From the NCBI GenBank assembly GCA_051294375.1, contig JBJCIZ010000055.1, positions 1 to 14,225 of the forward strand: a stretch of 14,225 nucleotides of DNA. The letters are read 5' to 3'. Source of the DNA: Paraspadella gotoi. Lineage: Eukaryota > Animalia > Chaetognatha. This document shows positions 7,324 through 14,225 of this stretch, in pieces; position 1 is the first letter of the stretch, and every line of letters starts with the position of its first letter. The notes under the pieces are model-generated. The model was given only the letters and a program-made list of their open reading frames with translations, was not told the DNA's origin and did no database searches. Made by a program: the position numbers and the translations under genes.

Positions 7324-8690
7324 CGCCTGCATCTTGGGTAACATTTGATTGCTCGGTCTCCAAATGTCCGATGATAGAAACAAAGTCCATTGATGAAATC
7401 AGGAGAGGAGTTGAAAGAGTTTGCAACTGGTCGGCGAGAGAAGGTAGTGCTGTTGCTGTTGTTGGGGAAACGGCGCTGTTGTGTTGTCGCTGGTCTTCGG
7501 CAGCCAGGTCGGACCTGTGTCCTGGGGCATAGTTGGCCACGTCCGGAAGTCGCGGCACACACGCTGGCGTATGTGCATGGAGGCACATCCTCTGGTGGAT
7601 GCGTCATCCGCCAAGTCGGGCGCATACTCATCGCACTCGACATGACTGACGACTTTTCCAATGGGTTTTGAGGTGATCTGAAGATCACCTTGGGCAGAGT
7701 AAAATGCGTCCGCCTTCTTGGCGATCGCTTCTGGCGTCTCGTCCCCATCGCTGACTACCCTTCCGGCCACATGGGCTGGGAGGACCTCGGCCAGGATCGC
7801 ATTGAGGAGATGGTCGATCGTCAGGGATTCGACTTCAGTGCGCAGTGCGGCCACGAACTGCGAAGGAGTGCGTCCTGCGAGGGAGTGGTGACCAAGGAGT
7901 TTTTGCGCCTTTTGCCGGGGCTTCTCGGCGAACAGCTCAGATGCTTTTTCACAGCTAGGTAACCACCAGAGACAGGGTGGTCATTGGTGTAAAAACCTCT
8001 GATCAGGACCTGGTGCTCCTGTGGTACTGCGCCTAGAAGGTGCATCTTTTTGTGCTGCTCATCCACAACTGCAGCGAGGCGGAAACTCCCCTCGACAGCA
8101 GCAAGCCAGGCTCTGATGTTGCCGACATCAAAAGGCGGCAGCTTAGGCGTCTTGGACCGGTTGGTGCTTGGCGCCTGGTAGTCCATTGGTACGGTGGAGG
8201 CTCCTACCGCGTCGACGTTGTCTGGGTGTTATTGACCTGCGAACTGGCATAATCTTTGACTAAGGTCGCCTGTGGACCTGTGTGGCATCGCCGGTGGTGC
8301 CTGCTGAGCTGCTAGCAGGCGTTGGAGGGTTGATGTGAGGTACTCAATTGAGGACCTCACGCTCTCATTGAAGCTTTCTTGCTTTGCCTCCAATCCCAGA
8401 ATCCTGTTGTTGAAAGACTGGATCAGCCCGTTTGATGACCCTGGTACGGTCCTGAAGGAACCGACGTTGGATCGGGGGGGCGTAATCACGCTCTTGACTT
8501 TGGTCTGGTCACCGCGTGGCGTCTTGAAGGCGTCGTCCTGTTCCGGCGATGGTGGCGGCGATGAGATCGGGGTGGGGGGTGTGACAACGTCCTCCATGCG
8601 GCGTCGTTTGAAGTTTTCCGCTGAAGGCGAGGTGGAGGCGCGGCGGGTTCCGCATCCGTGAGGGGCCTCCATATCGAGCAGATGTTCCAT
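7290..8690 (-). pseudogene. gag: gag with long N-terminal extension; one in-frame stop (8229-8231) and two frame disruptions
   Basis: Pieces 8690-8229, 8186-~7940, ~7940-~7600 and ~7600-7290; KLPPFDVGNIRAWLAAVEGSF, RTPSQF, AKKADAF and the C-terminal CHCC motif. Confidence 0.82.
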
Positions 8691-9600
8691 GATCGTAGAG
8701 ACTGCTGATTGTAAAAAAAAATAAAAATTCACTAATTCTGCACCGAACAGAAAATTTCGATCTCGGCAGCATAAAATTAAATGATATTACTCATTTGACT
8801 TACATAAAATTTTTGATGGCCTGAGGAGTATAACGCGTTTAACTATAGCTCATGCAGGATGACGCTAATTTTTTTTTAAAATCTGATGAATAAAAATTCT
8901 CTGTAAAGAAAAAAAAAACTTTTTTGAAGGTCTCAAGTTTTTAATCGTATTTTCTTAGCTTACCGTCTAAAAAAATAAAGATGACCTGATCCAAAGTCTA
9001 AAAGTTATTATTCCGAAATTTGATCATTGACCTTTAACGTTCTCGTCGAAAAGATACTATAAATACTTAAAACAGATTTTTAGAGCATTGTCTATGGCTG
9101 ACTCCCTATAGCCCTTAAACGTTTATAAAATTAAACCTCGGAAAATTCTCTGACAAAACTGTTTAAACGGCGCGGTAAAATGAAAAACGCGTTGGCGAGA
9201 CGGTCATTCACGATACCGTAAGTTAAACTGTAATTAAATTAAATGGACGAAAATTGATTAGGATTAGTATCGTAACTCAAAACCTCAAAGTTAAACCAAA
9301 TACAAATCGTTGAAAACTCCTAAAAAAAAATATTTAGAACTGAGAGCCTTTTGACTGCGGTTAATCCGGGTAGCGAATGCCGAAATGTTGGACGTTGGAA
9401 AAGACGCGCGCGACTGAGAAAAATAGAAATTGCGAAAATTGGCTGATGGCGAAATAGACCGTTAAACTGAGTGAATCTTCTTCACTAATTCAACCGCCTA
9501 TTTACAATTGATAAATAAAATAATTGATCAATCACTCGATCAATCAAATCATAAACCAATCGATCAGCGTCAGTAAAAATCAGAAGGTTACTTATCTTAA

Positions 9601-9613
9601 GTCGGGATCACCA
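9601..9613 (-). promoter_or_regulatory. tRNA-Trp primer-binding site
   Basis: TGGTGATCCCGAC one nt after the LTR end TACA; complement of the tRNA-Trp 3' end with one G:U pair. Confidence 0.88.
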
Positions 9614-9614
9614 A

Positions 9615-9873
9615 TGTAGAAGACGAAAATAATAATAATAAATTGTGACGATGTAAGAGAAGTAGAAAAGAAGTGAGACTAGCTCTCTCCTGATTCACTT
9701 TTATAATCGCCCGAACCAACTTGACCTTACGGTCGCCACGGCCCTATTACTGTGTCCGGTCAATCTAAGGTCATTGCCAAAGCTAAGGCAAAGTGACCGT
9801 GTGGAATAGACCGGCTCGAAGAAAGAGGAGAGAGGAAGGGTTTAGAGAGAGAGACCGGTGGTAAGTCGCCTCA
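9615..9873 (-). repeat. 5' LTR of the CsRn1-like element (~259 bp)
   Basis: Ends TACA at 9618-9615; TATAAAA at 9705-9699; TG start at 9873 inferred from the junction with HINE sequence (no second LTR to confirm). Confidence 0.7.
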
Positions 9874-11677
9874 CTTGCATCATTTTTTCACATTAATTAA
9901 TTAATTATTTAATTAAAACATTTATTAGTAATCATTAATATTAAAGATTCAAGTAAATGTGACTTATGTTTTTTCCATCTAAACTCATTTACACTGGCAC
10001 AATTCCGTCAAAACTTTATATAATTATTATATATGCAACGATCCTTATGCTCATTTTTCTGCTCGCTCTCTCTCTCTCTCTCTCTTTGCAATTGCGACGA
10101 TCCTTATGCTTTTAGGATTTTTTTAACTTGCATCATTTTTCTGCTTGCATCATTTTTTCACATTAATTAATTAATTAAAAATTTGTATTAATAACCTCTA
10201 TCTAACTTTTAAAGCTCTATCAGAATCTATTAAAAAAAATTGAAAATTTAAAAAAAATTTTCAACTTTATATAGTAATTAAATAATTTTTAAATGCTTCT
10301 GTGATAAATTTTAAAAATTATTTTCATTTTCATTATCTCTAACAGTCACTTAACCATTATTTATTTGAGAGAACTTCTAGTTTTCAACCTGTTCCGGCCT
10401 ACTGATTAATTAATTATTGATTAATTAATTGACTAATTGATTAATTAACTGATTAATTATTTCATTTATTAATACATCCTGCATATACATTTAATATAAA
10501 AGGAAAAAGAATCATAATCAATTAGTGAAACAGGTTTTTTGTTTTTTTCCATTTAAACTCATTTCCACTCAAAAGATTCCATCGAAACTTGGTTTCCTGT
10601 TTAATCACACACTTTTCTACTCACATACAAAATTCCAGGTCAATCGATAATTAAGTGGTAATAAGCTAACTTGGTCAACTTGCATAATTTAATCAATTTG
10701 CATAATTTGGTCAACTGACATAATATGGTTAACTGACATAATTTGGTCTACTGACATAATTTGGTCAACTGACATAATTTGATCAATTAAGATAATTTGG
10801 TCAACCGGCATAATTTGGTCAACTGGCATAATTTTATTAACTGGCCTAATTTGGTCAACTGGCATAATTTGGTCAACAGGCATAATTTGGTCAACTTGCA
10901 GAACTTGATCAACTTGCAGAATTTGGTCAACTGGCATATTTTTGTCAATTGGCATAATTTGTCAATCAATCAATCAATCAATCAGAGAGAGATAGAGAGA
11001 GAGAAACTTTAAAAAATTCAAATAAATGTGTCTTTTGGTTTTCTAATTTGAACTCTTTTCCCCTCCTACAATTCCATCAAAAAATTTATATCCAGCTTCA
11101 TCACATACTTTCCTACCCACACACAAAATTCAATTTCGATTTATCTGTCCAATTTTTAATAAACATAATAATTATGAGTAAATTTAAGTAAAAATACTTC
11201 AAGTAAATATGACTTTTGTTTTTTTCCATTTTAACTCGTTTCCACTCGCACGATTCCATCGAAACTTTATATCCAACTCAATCACACACTTTCCTACCAT
11301 CATACAAAATTTCAAGTCAATTGCCCTATCCACTCATGAGCAATTGGCGTTCAAATAGTGAAATATATTTTTTTGTTTTTTCCATTTAAACCAATTTCCA
11401 CTCGCACGATTCCCTCGAAACTTCATATCCATCTCAATCACACAGTTTCCTACCCACACACAAGATTTCATACCAATCCATCCATCCAATCACGAGTAAT
11501 TGGAGTTTTTTGCTAAGGTGGGACGGACGGACGGACGGACGGACGGACAGACGGACGGACGTACATAGTTTTTTTTGCATAATTAATCATAATTCGATGT
11601 TCTGACATGATATAAGTGTGTGCCCGACAATATTGAGGGGGCGGACCGACGGACCGACAAAGTGAATTATAGAGTCG
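9874..11677 (-). mobile_element. HINE family 1 copy lacking the 5' hairpin
   Basis: 11380-11677 aligns with 4680-4976; (GTCC)n at 11521-11560; the same central repeats and ACTTGCATCATTTTT / GCGACGATCCTTATGC blocks as 4287-4385. Confidence 0.78.
10671..10960. repeat. 18-bp minisatellite (TTGGTCAACTGGCATAAT)n
   Basis: Tandem units read directly; inverted copy at 13210-13525. Confidence 0.95.
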
Positions 11678-11734
11678 ACAACTTTTTATACTAAAAAAAA
11701 TCAAATTTGAGAAAAGAAAATTAATTTATAAACA

Positions 11735-12410
11735 AAGAAAAAGAAGAAAAGAATAAATATAAAGAAAGAATAGAAAGGAAAGAAAGAAAAGAAAGGAAAG
11801 AAAGAAAAGAAAGAAAAAAAAATAAGAGAAAAAAAAGAAAGGAAAGAAAGAAAAGAAAAAAAAGAAAGAAGAGAAAAAAAAGAAAGAAAAGAAAGGAAAG
11901 AAAGAATAGAAAGGAAAGAAAGAATAGAAAGGAAAGAAAGAATAGAAAGGAAAGAAAGAATAGAAAGGAAAGAAAGAATAGAAAGAAAAGGAAAGAAAAA
12001 ATAGAAAGAAAAGAAAAGAAAGAATAGAAAGGAAAGAAAAAATCGAAAGGAAAGAAAAAATAGAAAGGGAAAAAAAATAGGAAGTAAAGGAAAAATAAAA
12101 AGGAAAGAAAGAATAGAAAGAAAAGAAAAAATAAAAAGGAAAGAAAAAATTGAAAGGAAAGAAAAAATTGAAAGGAAAGAAAGAATAGAAAGGAAAGAAA
12201 AAATAGGAAGGAAAGAAAGAATAGAAAGGAAAGAAAGAATAGAAAGGAAAGAAAGAATAAAAATGAAAGAAAGAATAGAAAGGAAAGAAGGAATAAAAAT
12301 GAAGAAAGAATAGAAAGGAAAGAAAAAATAGAAAGGAAAGAAAGATTAGAAAGGAAAGAAAGAATAGAAAGGAAAGAAAGAATAGAAAGGAAAAAAGAAA
12401 AATAAAAATA
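11735..12410. repeat. Purine-rich 18-bp minisatellite (AAAGAAAGAATAGAAAGG)n
   Basis: ~680 bp almost purely A/G on the plus strand with 18-nt period. Confidence 0.95.
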
Positions 12411-12509
12411 GAGAGAGTGACGAGAAGAAAGAACGAAATAAAAACCTGATGTTGCGATAGCAAAATGATAACATGCACAAATGCGAAGCCTAATTTTATG
12501 AGTTCAATC

Positions 12510-13174
12510 CTCTATAATTCACTTTGTCGGTCCGTCGGTCCGCCCCCTCAATATTGTCGGGCACATACTTATATTATGTCAGAACATCGAATTATGATAA
12601 ATTATGCAAAAAAAAACGATGTCCGTCCGTCCGTCCGTCCCACCTTAGCAAAAAACTCCAATTACTCGTGATTGGATGGATGGATTGGTATGAAATTTTG
12701 TGTGTGGGTAGGAAACTGTGTGATTGAGATGGATATGAAGTTTTGAGGGAATCGTGCGAGTGGAAATTGGTTTAAATGGAAAAAACAAAAAAATATATTT
12801 CACTATTTGAACGCCAATTGCTCATGAGTGGATAGGGCAATTGACTTGAAATTTAGTATGATGGTAGGAAAGTGTGTGATTGAGCTGGATATAAAGTTTC
12901 GATGGAATCGTGCGTGTAGAAATGAGTTAAAATGGAAAAAACAAAAGTCATATTTACTTGAAGTATTTTTACTTAAATTTACTCATAATTATTATGTTTA
13001 TTAAAAATTGGATAGATAATTCGAAATTGAATTTTGTGTGTGGGTAGGAAAGTATGTGATAAAGCTGGATATAAATTTTTTGTTGGAATCGTAGGAGTGG
13101 AAAAGAGTTCAAATTAGAAAACCAAAAGACGCATTATTTGAATTTTTTAAAGTTTCTCTCTCTTTATCTCTCTC

Positions 13175-13213
<39 letters not shown>

Positions 13214-13536
13214 CCAAATTATGCCAATTGACAAAAATATGCCAGTTGACCAAATTCTTAAAGTTGACCAAATTATGCCAGTTGACCAAATTCTGCAAGT
13301 TGATCAAGTTCTGCAAGTTGACCAAATTAGGCCAGTTGATAAAATTATGCCAGTTGACCAAATTATGCCGGTTGACCAAATTATCTTAATTGATCAAATT
13401 ATGTCATTTGACCAAATTATGTCAGTTGACCAAATTATGTCAGTAGACCAAATTATGTCAGTTAACCAAATTATGTCAGTTGACCAAATTATGCAAGTTG
13501 ATTAAATTATGCAAGTTGACCAAGTTAGCTTATTAC
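12510..13536 (+). mobile_element. HINE family 1 copy, inverted relative to 10658-11674, interrupted at 13537
   Basis: Reverse complement of 10658-11674 throughout, including (GTCC)n, central repeats, (ATTG)n and the 18-bp minisatellite. Confidence 0.85.
13210..13525. repeat. 18-bp minisatellite (TTGACCAAATTATGCCAG)n
   Basis: Tandem units read directly. Confidence 0.95.
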
Positions 13537-13625
13537 TAGGGTTCCGAAAACCGTTAATTTTTGAGAAATTTCGCTTAACCGTTAAAACGAATATTTTTAA
13601 CGGTTAACCGTTAAAATCGGTTAAT
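13537..13625. mobile_element. hAT-like DNA transposon terminus
   Basis: HINE homology stops abruptly at TAGGGTTCCGAAAACCG; clustered sub-terminal AACCGTT/CGGTT motifs; partner end not seen in the window. Confidence 0.5.
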
Positions 13626-13810
13626 TTTATAATTTAACTTTAAAATATTATTATTTAAATCAAACTAAAGTATTTAATGGTATTTTATCTTTAACTCTTG
13701 CACCTGAATCTGTTTTATCTTTTATTTCAGATAGATAGCTACACATTTTAGTTAGTAAATTATAACAAAGTTTTTGATTTAATTTTTACAACGATTTTAT
13801 TTTTTATCTT

Positions 13811-13854
13811 AGCAGACCTGTTTTGGCTCACAAATTCGAGCCTTCATCAGGGCT
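13811..13854 (-). ncRNA. Degenerate minimal type-I hammerhead ribozyme (Penelope-like element remnant)
   Basis: Minus strand AGCC-CTGATGA-A-GGCTC(GAATTTGT)GAGCC-AAAA-CAGG-TC-TGCT; core GAAA reads AAAA; AATAAA just downstream. Confidence 0.65.
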
Positions 13855-13897
13855 TTTTTACAGTTTTGAAATTGAACATATTTTGTGAGTTAAAGAA

Positions 13898-13899
<2 letters not shown>

Positions 13900-13952
<53 letters not shown>
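13900..13952. repeat. (GA)n microsatellite
   Basis: About 26 perfect GA units. Confidence 0.97.
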
Positions 13953-13956
<4 letters not shown>

Positions 13957-14225
13957 AAGAAGTTCAAGGTTAAAGCTTCCAACAAAGAATTGAGAAAGGA
14001 CAGTGGTCAGTGGTGAGGACAGATTTTAGACAAGGCCAGTTTTGAATAAGTTGTGAAAAGAAGTGAAAATTTGGTGAGAGAGAGAGAGAGAGATAGAAAG
14101 GGGGAGAGAGAGAGAGGAAATATATACAATTACATTTGGCAATGTACAACAGGGATAAAGATAATAGAAACTTGAAATGTTCTGTCTAATAACAATTTAA
14201 AAATAAATTAATTTGAAATATAAGA

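Larger units (their letters stand above)
6452..9873 (-). mobile_element. Ty3/Gypsy LTR retrotransposon, CsRn1 (Kabuki/Boudicca-like) clade, 3'-truncated
   Basis: LTR ending TACA, tRNA-Trp PBS, gag with KLPPF...AW and CHCC-type CFYHRTFGDRAIKCYPRC, -1 slippery site, protease and RT N-terminus. RNase H, integrase and 3' LTR absent. Confidence 0.9.

Noticed and set aside
6761-8661. Plus-strand ORFs antisense to gag/pol
   Set aside because: Shadow ORFs of GC-rich coding sequence with no recognisable motifs.
10671-10960. CRISPR-like array
   Set aside because: Contiguous tandem units without unique spacers, eukaryotic context, no cas genes.
11726-12478. 250-aa Phe-rich ORF
   Set aside because: Translation of the pyrimidine strand of a purine minisatellite.
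10689-13505. ORFs encoding (DQIMPV)n hexapeptide repeats (10689-10955 and 13206-13505)
   Set aside because: By-product of a stop-free 18-bp minisatellite inside a non-coding element; several frames are open and there is no gene context.

Overview
AT-rich, repeat-saturated animal-like genomic DNA (species not determinable) with no host gene; it is a stack of nested transposable elements. Left to right: (1) a deleted CAC-terminal DNA transposon with long TIRs and an intron-containing Chapaev/Transib-like transposase remnant, carrying a ~390-bp palindrome, a solo-LTR-like insert in its intron, and a complete 725-bp non-autonomous LTR element (TRIM) in its right TIR; (2) nested Helentron-associated (HINE/DINE-1-like) elements; (3) a 3'-truncated CsRn1-clade Ty3/Gypsy element on the minus strand (LTR, tRNA-Trp PBS, CHCC gag, GGGAAAC frameshift, protease, partial RT); (4) two HINE copies forming a ~1-kb inverted repeat around a purine minisatellite; (5) a hAT-like end and a degenerate Penelope-type hammerhead ribozyme. 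The best novelty candidate is the TRIM at 2088-2812. Its LTRs hold tRNA-type Pol III A/B boxes heading a highly structured RNA, and its PBS matches about 31 nt of tRNA-Trp with a substitution at the m1A58 position. It shares its primer tRNA with the nearby CsRn1 element, suggesting a Cassandra-like, Pol III-driven parasite of CsRn1 retrotransposons. All family calls are by motif recognition, not database search.
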